64,000 bases of DNA from Centroscyllium fabricii (taxonomy: Eukaryota): positions 44,516,001 to 44,580,000 of the forward strand of contig JBNRSN020000004.1 in the NCBI GenBank assembly GCA_051313645.2. The letters are read 5' to 3'. The position numbers and the translations under genes are program-made. Below, in pieces: positions 34,801 through 47,460 of the stretch. Under the pieces are notes generated by a model. That model was not told the DNA's origin. It was given only the letters and a program-made list of their open reading frames with translations, and searched no databases. Within the stretch, counting starts at the first letter, position 1; every line of letters starts with the position of its first letter.

Positions 34801-35900
34801 TTAGTAATTATAATGAGGTCCTGCCCTGAAATTGAATAATTTAATTCCATTCTTGCCCACTAATTAAACTCCTATATAAACTTATCTTAATATATCCCTT
34901 GTTATATTGAGAACTGATATTACAGATTCCTTTTTTCTATTGAGGATGACCACTGCCTGAGCTTTGCGTTTATAACTCTGACTCACCTGGCCTCTGAATG
35001 AGAAAGGGAACCATTGCCTAATTTAACAGCCTGTTGCTGTTGAGATGTGCAATAGAGATGGAAAGAGAACAGAGTGCTGGAATCTAAAATAAAAGCAGAA
35101 AAAGGCCAGGAATGCATAGGAGGTGAACCAGCCATCGAAGATACAAAGCCTTCAAAGGAGGGAAGGTACAGAGCATTTCCCTTGAACAAATTGCTGCTAA
35201 TGGACAATGCTTTTAAACAATATATTGAGATTTAATCTTGTGCTAGTATCTTTTAAATATAATTAATGTGCCCCTGTTATGAAAGATAAACAACCTTCAG
35301 CTGTTGAAATATGGGTATTTTACATAAGTTTGGGCGACACTGAGCATACCATAAAGGGTTGAAGGCAGAGCGTTTGTTAGTGGATGCAATACATTCACTG
35401 CTCAGAGTCCTCTTTGCACATTGCAGCTCCCTGATTTCTCTGCTCTAAATAATTGAAAAGTGAATATTGCAGACCTTTGTTGGACACTGGATGTTTTTTA
35501 CCCTCCACATAGAACATCGGTTTCCTTAAGAACTAAAATTTGTTCAAATAACATGATTGGACAGCCTGATCTCTTATTGGAGAGCTGGCTCTCTAAGATT
35601 CCCCTGGGTGTTACAGTGGCTGTTTTTGAAGGACAGAGACCGAAAATTATTTGAACTGCTCATGTGAAGAATTAGGCCTTCCTATATTTAACTTGCGTAA
35701 CTGGGAATAGTAATTCCAACAGTCAGGTAGGTGGATTTGGAAAATAATTTAGTAGGGCAGTAAAGCAGCCTGCCTACTTCTAAAACCCAGGGATGGATTG
35801 GCCATATTTCCCAAATGACCCCGTGAATGGTTTCCTAGTGCTGTATTATCAGCACCCCCTCCCTTTTTCAATGAGAATCTCGAAGAATCACGCGCCCTTT

Positions 35901-36314
35901 CATAGAAACATAGAAGATAGGAGCAGGAGTAGGCCATTCGGCCCTTCGAGCCTGCTCCGCCATTCAATGAGATCATGGCTGATAATCCAAACCCAGCACT
36001 CCACCCCTGCCTTGTCCCCATATCCCTCGATCCCCATCGAGCCTGCACCGACACATATCCCACCCTATCTCCGTAACCCCACACATTTAATCTCCCTAAC
36101 ACTAAGGGTCAATTCATCCTGGCCAATCAACCTAACCCGCACATCTTTGGACTGTGGGAGGAAACCGGAGCACCCGGAGGAAACCCACGCAGACACGGGG
36201 AAACCACGCAGACATGGGGAGAATGTGCAAACTCCACACAGATAGTACCCAAGGCTGGATTTGAACCCGGGTCTCGAGTGCTGTGAGGCAACAGTGCTAA
36301 CCACTGTGCCACCC
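35901..36314 (-). mobile_element. HE1-type V-SINE with a short internal duplication (~36180-36219)
   Basis: Homologous to 27311-27692. Confidence 0.85.
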
Positions 36315-38670
36315 TAGAGAGTAAGTCCTCCCCTGTTAAAACCACTTGTCATTTTTAGAACAGTATAGTGTACACATTGTGCATCTTCTGGGCTGCGGTT
36401 AGTTTGGTGTAATATGTAGGTGTTGTGCCATGGGATATGGACTTGTAGCTCCACCCACAATCCTCCAAAAAATGGATCACCTGACCTGTGTGCAGCACCA
36501 CTGAGTGAATGCCTTGCCACAGTTTGAAGCTAAATTGCTCTTACGCTAATGGCATTGATGATGTCCAGGAAGCAGGTGGGGAATATGTAATATAAAGTAA
36601 GGAGAAATGGGAATGAAATTTAAACGGAAGTAATTTTTGGTCCCCTGTACAGTGGAAGCTGCCCAACTCGATTCTAAAATGTTTTGAAGTTGATCAAAGC
36701 TGGGAAATGCTACAAAGGATATCTGTGCCAGGGAAGCAGCATCAGTCATTTAGAATGATGCTTAAAAGGGTTGCTTTCTAGTGTCGATTTGAAGTGATTA
36801 TGCCAATGGTTTGAGATATCAATGAAGATGTTTTAAATGGTCTAAATTCTCATGAATAACATCAAATATCTTTGTATGTTACTGAAAGCTTATCCCGAAT
36901 GGCTGTCTGTTCGTGATATTTAACATGGCTTCAGTAAAGTGGATGTGAAAGGGATAGGTTTGTGTTCCATGTGGAGACACAGGCTTTAACAGATTGGTAG
37001 TTCCAGTTCCTTGATCAAAGCATGTGGGGTACACCAACATTAATAACAAGTAACTGTATCTCGGCTCTAGAAATGTGGCTGACCCACTGTTTCTGTACAT
37101 TACTGTTCCTTTTTGGAATGATGGGGCGTAGGATGAGTTACATATCATGGGCCTTCTGATGAGCACACGGGCGGTATTTCTGCAGAGAAAAGGAAAGGCA
37201 GGAGATTCAAAGGCAGGCAGTTGGAGCAGTAAAAGACTGGGGGATAGATCGCTGGTACTTTTGTACAGGTAGTGGTAGATAGGGTATCAGGGTCAAGTGG
37301 TAGAAATATGTGGAGCAGTTATAAATGGTTAATTATGGAATGGGAGTCAAAGTCTTGTGAACCTCATGCTTGAAATAACATTTGTATGAGCAATATGTAA
37401 AATGTGAATGTTACATGAGAATATATTTCAATTTGTAGGTCAGAAGAATTGCATGTCAACCTTGTACATTTTGATTCTATTTTTTTTAAACTATTTTGTC
37501 AACTGTCATTTTTGGAATCTAGATAAAAAATGTCTAGAATTTTGTAGCTGTAGTAGTAGATGTGCGTGCATATTATTGAATACCTTGAAGAATGTTCAGC
37601 ACTTGCCAGGCATCTAAAGATGAGTGCTGTGGAACATGACACTATAAGTGCATAGTAGTGCAGTAAACTGGCTGGCTTCCCAGTTTCTGGGTTAAATAGA
37701 TATCACCCATTTTCTCTCCTCCATTCACCCCCCCCCCCCTCTCAAAAAAAATGAATTCAGTGTTTGTTAATGCTGAAAAAAACACTTCTTTATGTTTAAT
37801 ATTCATAATTGGTATGATTTTGCTTTTAATAATGCTGAATTGTTTGAGCTTGAAAGAGAAAGTTCCTGCAAGGAATCTTTTATACCCCAATTAATGGCAA
37901 TCCATGCAGGTTGGATACAACACAGCTGATCCAGTAAAGCTGTGGGAGTAAAAGTAAAATATTTTCTCTGATACTTAATTTTTTTCTTGTGTTGAAAGCA
38001 CCAATAAAACACACAGTAGCACTGCTGGAAAAAATCAGCACCGAAGATAGATAGGCAAAATAAAGGCTAAAAACCAGAAAACCTAAATAAAGCACATCTT
38101 TTTTCATTGGACACTCGAGGTTATAATTATTTCTTTTGAAATATTTGGCTGATCTGGTCCAAGTACAGTTTGGAAGAATACAGAAAACCCATATGTTTAG
38201 AGATAAACGGGTTGCTGTCTTTTAGCTAATCCAGCTGCTTTCAGTAAAGGTTGGGGGGGTTTCCCCCCACAACAAATAGAATTTTGACCGAACAGTGAGG
38301 AGAATTTTTGTAATTCACAAAGCATCCCCTTTTCTGAAAGTTGTTGGAAGTACCCCATCGACAAACATTTCTATATAAAGTTGGCCATCACCTGTTCAGT
38401 GAGTGAGTGGAATCTACACAGGGTTATGGGGAATCTGCAATTTGGATAATATCTTTGTTACAGTTGTCTCCTGCGCCACCCTGTTACATCAACTAATGTA
38501 TAAAGGAACATAGACTTTCTCCCTTTTGCCTAAAAGAAACTGTTTAGTTTGTCCTGTTGTGTTAAGGTGTGCTGGAGCCCCTCTGTTATTTGGGGGTGAG
38601 ATAAGTCATAAATGAAAAGTGACTGTTCTTTTTGTATTATAAATGAGTGGTTTCCTCCTTTTCTCTCAAG

Positions 38671-39582
38671 AGTAAAAGTTAGAGAAAGAATGTTGAAAGA
38701 GGAAGGGATTCGGAGCAGCCCTGAAATAGTCAAAGACATCACTCATAGAAGACCGCAGCAAATGCCAGTTCATTATATCTCCCTCCTGTCGGAATCTCCA
38801 ACTGTTAATACAGTTAGTAAGCCCAGTGCAGCCCACCAGCCAGTCTTTGTTCAGCCAACTGATCCTGTAGACAGTGCCAACGTAATGACAAAAGAGTACA
38901 AAGGCAGCGTAGTTGGTAATCGTGTACCAGGCAGCGCCAACCTCTCGACAAGAGCTGAAGAAACAGATGACACAGAGTTTGGAAGAAGATCTGTTTACAG
39001 TCCTGAATCAAAATTAGACGAGCGTGGCAGCACTAGGAACCTGTTGAAAAGCCGTAAAGCAGTTTTACCTTCTCAAGTTCGCAAGCAAGAGAAGGGTCTT
39101 GAAGAAACTGTCTGTGACATGAGAGTCGTACATTCACACATGTATATGGCAGGGGAAGATGAAAAGCCAGGTTTTCAAAAGCTTCCTTTTCACAAACCTA
39201 GCAGTACTGTGCCAGAGCACTCTGAAGAACTAGAATCTTGTTTTCTGGCACCATCTGTAATTGACTGGTATAAACCTAAGGATACTAATCCGAGGAGTGA
39301 GAGAGCCTTGTATATTCAGAAAGAACCTGGGGTGCATTCTCATGCAGATGCTGGAAGAGGAAAAGCCCAAACCAGAAAAACATCCCTTGAAAAACATCAA
39401 CTAAAATGTTCTACACTAGATAATTTGGAGGCATCGAAAGTAGAAGTCCCAAACAGTGAAGAACTTCAGGGCATCTGTGGCGTACTTAGTGGCGATACTG
39501 GTGCAGTGGACACGAGGGTGTCTGTTGCCAAACTTCGAAGCGCCTACCTGGAGACAGCCAATGCCAGCAGAAACCAGGACCT
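38671..39582 (+). CDS. SVIL: SVIL 912-nt symmetric exon (VKVRERMLKEE...DTRVSVAKLRSAYLETANASRNQDL), archvillin-type insert
   Basis: ORF 38612-39586; acceptor ttctctcaag|agtaaa, donor gacct|gtaggt, phase 2-2. Confidence 0.93.
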
Positions 39583-39974
39583 GTAGGTGGTACTTTGAAT
39601 GCTGACTTTTTTGCTCAACTATTGTGCATTTGCACTGATCGCAGTTTCGAAATTAAACTTGCAAGACACACTTAAGCTTTAGCTTGCAGCCTTTTTTGTG
39701 AAAAGTAGTCATCTGAAATCTTAATATTGCAATTTGCTTGTTGCTGGCCTGTGCAAGCTGTGATGCTGTGTAGTGGCTAAGTTTGCTAACTACTTGTACC
39801 ATGCATGGTATAAGCATGCGGTGTGATGTAATCTATTGAGGGAATATTTCTCTGGGGTTCTTTTTATAATTTTCCTTTTTTTATCTCTCTCTCCTCCCTC
39901 GCTTGCTTTCTTTCTCTCTCTCTCCCTCTCTCTCTTTCTTTCTCTCCCGTGCATTTTCTTCCCTATGCTTAAAG

Positions 39975-40145
39975 TGAAGATAATGTTGACTTAATGACGT
40001 CGGGCCTTGATTTGGCTGCCCCTGCTGAAGTGGAGAAGGCCCATCGTAGGCCAAGACGTTACATTTCCTTTGGTGAGAATAGGAAGACCTCGGAGAGGTT
40101 TAGAACGCAGCCTATAACTACAGCAGAGCGACAAGAGACAGCTAG
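39975..40145 (+). CDS. SVIL: SVIL 171-nt symmetric exon (...RRPRRYISFGENRKTSERFRTQPITTAERQETAR)
   Basis: Long CT-rich tract, then cttaaag|tgaag; donor gctag|gtaggc; matches the archvillin RKTSERFRTQPIT motif. Confidence 0.93.
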
Positions 40146-40955
40146 GTAGGCCGGTGTGTGCGTATAAATTATAATTCATGTTTTTTGCAGTTACAGCTGC
40201 AGTGCCCAATAAAACTATGTAGTTTTAAAGAGGCCAGTCAACCTTCCAGTGGAATCCCATGAGGCTATTTTTGTTTGTGCAGATAATGACAAGGAAGCGT
40301 GCAGTTTGTGACCTTGGCACTGACCTCTACTCTCTGCCTCCCAATTCTGAGATTGATGAGAAATATAAGGATGAAAAGTATTGGTCAGAGCTGTTAAATG
40401 TACAAACAGCATGCTACTTGATCTCTGTCCACTCAAAGAAAATTTTCACTTTTGTTTTTCCTTTACTTTTCTGTTAAGTTTCAGAATGTGGGAAGAATGC
40501 AGAACTCAAGATAGTGTAGTATTCAGCCAATGGTTAAATGTCTATTTACTTTACTAGAGTGCAAAAATCCTGAACCTTTTTACTTGTTCAGTAGTGTGTA
40601 GGTATTGTAGCAATCAAATAACGTTGCTGAAATTACATTTGGACCAAACATCATAACAGTAACAGCAATAAACTTAAATTATTGGAGATGCCAACATTAT
40701 GAACTTATCAAGTGGACCTTTAACTCTCCATACCATATCAGAACAGTAACTTCTAACTACCTAAAATATCAAATTGAGTAGCAAAAATCAATCCCAACTT
40801 TCATTCAGCGTTGTAAAGCAATTCAAACATAAATTGCAGGCTTGTATTTTGGTATTTTCTGGCATGCCGTTCAGCATTGGTGTATTTATGGGTATTGAAT
40901 CAGAATTTAGACCCACAGTTTTCGTCAAAGTAATTTGTTAATCTTTGTTTTGTAG

Positions 40956-40990
40956 GCCAGGGCTGATTGCACACATGGCCGCTACTGAAG
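40956..40990 (+). CDS. SVIL: SVIL 35-nt micro-exon (PGLIAHMAATE) with a GC donor
   Basis: Acceptor tttgttttgtag|gccag, donor gaag|gcaagt; supplies the phase 2 to phase 1 change needed between the flanking exons. Confidence 0.8.
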
Positions 40991-41690
40991 GCAAGTATTG
41001 GCTCTTGTTCTTACCTGTACTATGTACCTGTACTTAATGCAAGTCCAGAAGCATTTACTTTATATACTGGCATTAAAGGATGTGAATTCTTAATTGTATA
41101 CGTAAATATTACATAAATTGGAATGTGGGGGGAGGGGGGTAATGGCCGTGCATGTTGTACACTGCATTTATCCTATGCATTGTATATCTCCTGTTGCCAG
41201 TTTAGAAAATAATTGTGTCAGAATATTTATTTATTATTTAGTACACTTGAGCCTGAATTTTCCAATTGCCATAATTTTAGTGATGATGATAACTCATTTC
41301 GTTTAAAAGGTTTACCAATGGCATCAAAATACTGCTAATCGGAGAATCCAGGCTTGAGTCTCACTGTGGCTGTTTTGCTTTTGAGCATTTAAAACACGTT
41401 GTTGCCAAATTCCTCGGACCAGTTGCTGTTGAAGAGAAATTTCACTACAATCGCTACACTTTTTGTTTTCTTGGTTTTTAGTAATGCAAGAAAAATGATC
41501 ATTAAGGAATAGATATGACAGGACTCGGGTAGAAATTGTTTCTAACCATTGCTATGTACAGTAATTCAACAAAGAACATCTGAGCTGAGGCTTGTCGAAC
41601 CAAAGTTTTTCACCAAGCCTGTTTTGTTGCTTATCAAAATAAACACAGATTTTGTTTCATTGTTATGACTTTAATATTAAAAAAAACGTA

Positions 41691-42542
41691 GGGCTGAATC
41701 TTAACTCCTAAAAAAAAAAGCGGGTGGGTTGGGATCGGGTCAGAGGGTAAAATGCAAAAAATCTGAAACAGGAACCCAACCCGCCCACTGCCAGTTTTAA
41801 CGGAGACGGAACAAGGATGGGTGAGCAATTCGCTCGTGGGAAGCAGGTTGGTCATTTTAAATATTGTAATGAGACTGCCTACCTTCATTTTAACAGTCAT
41901 TCTATTTTGAACTAATTTCATCCAGGTTTCCCAGGCTTCGGGAAACCTGCCAGGTGCAAGGAGGCGGGGATCTGTCTGCTGCCCCCCACACCCAATCTCC
42001 CTCACTCCTCCACTGCACCTACGTGCTCTCATAGGCTGCAGCTTGTGAAGCAGGCCTCCTGCCCAAAGGGCCTCTAGCCTTTTGTTCAGGCTGCCTGTGG
42101 GAAGAAACGCAACAGAAATGAAAAAAAAACAACAAAAAAAAACCGAGAATGCTGGAAATACTCAGCAGGTCAGGTAGCATCTGTGTAGAGAGAAACAGAG
42201 TTAGCGTTTCAGGTCGATGACCTTTCTTCAGAACTGGAAAAAGTTAGAGACATAGCCGGTTTTAAGCATGTGCAGAGACAGGGAAAAGAGGGAGGGGAGG
42301 AGAGGAAAGAACTAAAGGGAAAGTCTGTGATAGGATGGAAGGCAGGAGTGATTAGAGACAAAAGGGATGATTGTACAAAGCAAAAGGAGATGGAAATGGG
42401 ACAGGCAAAGAAACAAAAAATGGGGCTAGAAGAGGTGTAAAGAGGTACAAAAATTTAAGTTAATTAAAAAGTTAGAAACTGCAGGAAATTCGGGGAAACC
42501 CATTCTTCACACGGAACTTGCCTCCGGACTAAAATCCAGACC
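41691..42542. mobile_element. Degraded Harbinger-like MITE interrupted by a Penelope-like fragment
   Basis: Ends gggctgaatctt and aaaatccagacc; GC-rich aacccgccc subterminal motifs. Confidence 0.5.
42118..42450 (-). mobile_element. Penelope-like 3' fragment with a mutated hammerhead motif (42199-42235)
   Basis: aatgctggaaatactcagcaggtcaggtagcatctgtg shared with 16462; minus strand AGUU-CUGAAGA-A-AGGUC-AUC-GACCU-GAAA-CG-CU-AACU. Confidence 0.65.
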
Positions 42543-42707
42543 ATAATTTCCATTTTGCTGCTTGCATTTGGTGGTAGTTTTAATTGCATGTCGGTAGCAA
42601 TGGACTGTGGTTATTCCCTCTCCCCCTCCTCCTCTGCACAGGGCAGTTTTACGATTTATATTACTCTGATACCAACCAAAACTAACTGCGCTTTTCTCTT
42701 GCAGTAG

Positions 42708-42769
42708 ATGAAGAGAAGTTGGATGAACGAGCAAAAATGAGTGTGTCTGCAAAGAGGTCACTTTTCCGT
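42708..42769 (+). CDS. SVIL: SVIL exon (DEEKLDERAKMSVSAKRSLFR); alternative start at 42705 through a NAGNAG acceptor
   Basis: Branch point actaac at 42681, acceptor ttgcag-tag|atg, donor cgt|gtatgt; conserved DEEKxDERAKxSVxAKR motif. Confidence 0.93.
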
Positions 42770-43057
42770 GTATGTAATTTGTTTTTATTGGTAATATATA
42801 GTACCGTGAAGAAACGCCTCTGATCTCATCTGAGACTCCAGCAACATCTGGTTTTCTGTCTGATTTGTGATGTAATGCAAAGATTTTGTTTTGTATTTCT
42901 TAACTCCCTTTAAAGTTTCAACAGCTTACTCACTTGTTTTAAACTAAGTTTTAGCATGGCCTCTTGGCTTTCTCCCTGAATATTTAGATAGATTTACTAC
43001 CCCTTTGGTAAATTTTAAAATCTGTCACTATATGATTTCAATAACTTTTGGTGCTAG

Positions 43058-43206
43058 GAGATGGAAAAAGCAACAAAGGCAACGGATACATCTCTGGCGG
43101 CCAAACCTCGGTCCAGAAACTCAGCGGTGGAACGAAGATTACGTCGTATGCAAGATCGTTCCCGTACACAACCTATCACAACTGAAGAAGTAGTTATTGC
43201 ATCCAG
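43058..43206 (+). CDS. SVIL: SVIL exon (EMEKATK...[32 protein letters not shown])
   Basis: Acceptor gtgctag|gagatg, donor ccag|gtacat; conserved [22 protein letters not shown] motif. Confidence 0.95.
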
Positions 43207-45679
43207 GTACATTTAAAAAGGCGCAAGCTTTTAATTTATTTTATTACCCATATATGCAAATGTTTCCCCCCCTTGATGAAGGGTAAAGGTTGGGATGCAG
43301 CCTGTATGCAGGGCAGCTTATATGTGTCCTGATATGATGGTTAGAATATACTTCGCATACCAGTTGTCTGGCATGGCAATGGCTAGGGGCACTACCAGGA
43401 AAAAGGCACGTTGTTAGCTAATTGCTAGAGAGTTTACCTTGAGGATTCATAATGCAGACACTTGTAGTATTGTCTGTATATTTAACCAGCATTGCACGCT
43501 ATATCTGCCTTCCTCCAAAGATATGTGATTTTGCAACGTGGATTTGCTCTAACTGACTTTTGATCAGAATTCATAAAGCAGGCTTCAAGCTAGGTTTGTG
43601 GTATGTGGGGAGACTTGAAAATAAAGGATAAAGTTAGCCATTCTCTTCATGCGATCATCTGCCTTGCCATAGACGGTTGTGGTTCAGGAAATGGAGCAAT
43701 AAGATCAAATATTCTGGAATTTTCTCTTGTGTTTGCGTTGCATGTTGTTACCCAAGATCTTTTATAGTGAGCAGCCAATTAGTGTTTTGTCATTGTTCAG
43801 ATTTGAGATGGTTGATGTGTATATATGAGGCTGGACGACTTCTGGTGGCTGGCAAACCTGAGGAACGGAAAAATTGGTTCATCTTTGGTGTTAGTGTTGG
43901 CCTTTCTAAGAAGAGGTTGAGGATACAGTTTGGGAGGTAAACAAAATGTTGCTGTGCTCCTGTGTCCTGTGCAATGCTGTAGGGCACAAGTATCATGGCT
44001 GTGATTTCTCCCAGTTAAACGTTAAGCCGAGGTTAGCTGCTTCCCTGCTCTCCCCCCCCCCCCCCCCCCCCTAGAGAGGCAAGGAAAAGAAGGCAGTGCA
44101 TCATGCTAGGATGTGTAGCTGCTGACAAGAGCTTGGCAGGCAGAGTAGTGAGAAAAGCTTCCCTGTCTGCATGCTTGGCTAGTAAAAGATAAATGGGAGC
44201 AAACGAGCAAGATTAAAAACAGTAAGAAAGGGGACATCGTCCGTTTTAACTTTGGATTAGAACCTGATAGATGTGGCACTTTTTAAGGTGCATAATTCAA
44301 GAATGTTGCACAATATTGTGGGAACAGATGGGGAGAGGGGTCCAATGCAGATTCTTAAAGGTACACGTGTACAGATGTTTCCATTTGGAATTGGTTTTAT
44401 GCTGAACATCTGGTATGTGAAATATAGCTTCCTTTTGAGAATGAGGAATTAGTCCACCTCAGGTGGGTAATATATTTTATTCAAATATCTGCCAGTTATT
44501 TAACTGAAAGCAATATTGCAATGGTTTTTGTGTTTGTAGCATATGCAAATAGTGTGGATGTAAATATTTCAGTTCCTTTAATTAACACCTGATGGGTACA
44601 CATGGACCTTATGAAATTCTGATACTACACATGCAGATTATTTGCAGATTTTACAACTGCAGAGTCCTGTTTTGATCGCTTTGTTTTTAACCTTTGGTGC
44701 CAGTTATATAGACAGTGTGAGAAGAGGTTAGAATAGACTGCAGCATTTTAAAATGTATTTGCTTTTATTTTTCTACAAGTGTAGTGAAATATTTAAACCT
44801 TTTGAGGACTAGAGTAATTTCTGATTTATTAATGTTTTCTATAATCTGTGAAAGAAATCAGTAATACAGTATAAAAGTCAAATAGAAACAAGTCTAAATG
44901 TATTTTTTAAAAGATCTCATATGTCGTCAAAAGATCAAATAATAGGACAGATTGTCTTCAGTAGGTCAACGTGCAAATAATTAAATAGGAAATGTCTAGC
45001 GAGGTAGGCAATAGTCCTGTTTAGACTAAACACAAAATAAAATTAGATTCTTTACTCTCCACATACCATGTCTGTTTTCCAAACCAATCCCACGGGATGA
45101 GTCATCTTGGGACACTTTATCTTTACAGGAGGTTGTGTTAACATTCCATCACAAATCTTTCCCTTTCCCGGTTTTGAACTTAGACATTCAGAACATCAAG
45201 GTGTCCTGTATAGGTATTTCCACCACTCTAAAGGTGGATGTCCTTCATTTGTCTGATTCAGAAACACTGAGACTTGGGATGACAGTTGCTACCTGGAGGC
45301 CGAGTACAAGGATGTGCACATTCATATATTCAGGGTTTGATACCTACTGTGATGGGGCAAGCAGGTGATGCTGAAGCTCTATATCTCTAACTAGTATGTC
45401 TGCTCCTCCTGTGCGAGAACAGTGACAATGTACACACACATTTTATGGTGAGTTGTGCTATTTACCATGCTGCTTGTGAGAGGCGCCTGTCATTTGCAGT
45501 CCATCTAGCGAGGACTACTCCAGGACATTGTTGATTAACCAGATGGTCGGGGTCACTAAAGGAACTTGGAGGGGTCACTGGGGGCTGAGATTCTTCTCGG
45601 TCTGCTGCAGGTAACTCTGAGCGTTAGTGCCCTAACGGGATAGGGTGGCCCTAGATGGACAAGGAGTGGGACGATAACC

Positions 45680-46455
45680 ATAAGAATGTTACAGCACAGA
45701 CACAGGCCATTCGGCTTACCAATTCTGCACCGGTGTTTTTCTTCACATGAACACCTAGTCTAATGCCACTCTGCTGCTTCCTCATTAACCTTTTAATATT
45801 GCTCTTTTCAAGAATCTATCTAAATCCCTTTTTTTATTTATATGAACTCTAGTTTGTGATGGAGAATTCTGTTGTGTTCGCTGGTGGGCGAAAGAACTCC
45901 TGAGACCGAGTAGCAGCAAACAACCTTCTTTATTCATTCACATTGTCGAGAGAGCGTTTCGCGCCCTTGCGCTCAAATAAGTAGCTCCCGTGACGTCATC
46001 ACGCATGTGCGCGATGACGTCGGCGCGTCGGGCGCGTTGTGCGCATGCGCGGGGACGTCTTGGCGTCATCACGCATGTGCGTGATGACGTAGGCGCGTCG
46101 GCACTGGCCTCGAGGGAGCAGCGCACCTTGGGCCGGTGCCTCCAGAGTCCGTGAGTCCGGCGGATTCGCCGGTCAGTGCGTGGCGATCCGCCACAATTCC
46201 ATATTTTAGCCACCTTTTTCTAACTAGTTTTTTTCCCCTAATCTCTTTTTGCCATCATCTTAAATTTATATCCTGTGGCCAACTCACTGACCAGTGGAAA
46301 CGATCTATCGGTATTTGCATTATCATAACTTTATAATAATCTTGAAGTTCACTATTGGGTTACCCCTGCACCTTCTCAGCTCTAGTGAAGAAGCCCTAAC
46401 TTCTTAAGGTCTCTCTTCATAACTGTAACCCCTCATCGCTGGTGACATCCTAATG
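45680..46455 (-). mobile_element. Old CR1 3' fragment hosting a solo LTR
   Basis: ataagaatgttacagcacagacacaggccattcggc...ggagaattc|catattttagccacc...ctagtgaagaagcccta. Confidence 0.65.
45870..46195 (-). mobile_element. Young CpG-rich solo LTR
   Basis: TG...CA ends, exact 4-bp TSD ATTC (45866-45869 and 46196-46199), minus-strand AATAAA near 45930. Confidence 0.85.
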
Positions 46456-47364
46456 GGAAATATAAGTTAGTGCTCCTAAAAAGCTGAGATCCACATTCAT
46501 TTGGGATATTTTCACAGGAGCCTAGACCAGTACTTTTCTGAGATCTCAGCCCATCAAAAATCAGCCTCTTCTCACCAACTTGTCTATGGCCTCAGTAAAA
46601 TCCTTGTTCCTCACAGTTAGTCATCACATCATTATCATGAGCCTCAGCATCAGCGTAGGACCTGTTCCCTATTGTTCTGCAATATAACTGAACACCAAGC
46701 AGTCATTGCACTAATAATTTCAGTGAATTATTACAATTATGGGAGGCGGCAAAATATTAAACTGGAGCTTCAGACTTGCAGTACCTTCCATTTCTGGGCC
46801 TGCTTTGTATTCAAAGCAATACTCCTGCATCTGGCTTAGTAACTCACCAGGCAGACAAAGATAGCTGAACTTTCTTTTAATAGCAGCCTGTCCTTTGAGG
46901 ATTAGTTCAAGGATATACATGGAGGCTCTTTGAATTGTACCAGTGTAGCTGGTATTGGAGTTTGTACACACCATCAGTATTGGCCTGAGTGTGTCTGAAG
47001 TCCACTGTAGACTTGTGGATCATACTTGGTTTAATGCACTGTTTATCAACTGTGTTCTGAGTGCACCTTCTCAAAAGTGTTATTCCAGAATGTAAGTGTT
47101 TGATCGCTATTTGCTACTGCATGCTGTGAAGGGCAGATTAGGAAAGTAGTGTTCTTGAAGGGGAAGATGCCCATTAACACTTAGCTTTTCAGTCTCAGTG
47201 GTGTTTATTTATGTGGTATGTGGAGATAATCATGTTATTTGGTGAGTAATATATTTCTGTTACTATTTTGTCTTTCTGCATATAATTTCATCCTTGTAAA
47301 TTTGCTTCTTTGCTTAATTCTTTTCTTTCCTACATGGCTTGCTCTTTTTTTCCCCTGTCTCCAG

Positions 47365-47460
47365 TGAACCCACCCTTGTCTCTCATACGATGACTGTCCA
47401 CACAGTCATGGCAAGAACCTCTAGCCCCACTGTAGTAAACTCCAATTCACAACCAATCAG
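47365..47460 (+). CDS. SVIL: SVIL 96-nt symmetric exon (EPTLVSHTMTVHTVMARTSSPTVVNSNSQPIR), archvillin-type insert
   Basis: Strong pyrimidine tract, acceptor ctccag|tgaacc, donor atcag|gtactt; resembles the archvillin 32-aa insert (EP...VMAR..SPTV...QP.R). Confidence 0.9.
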
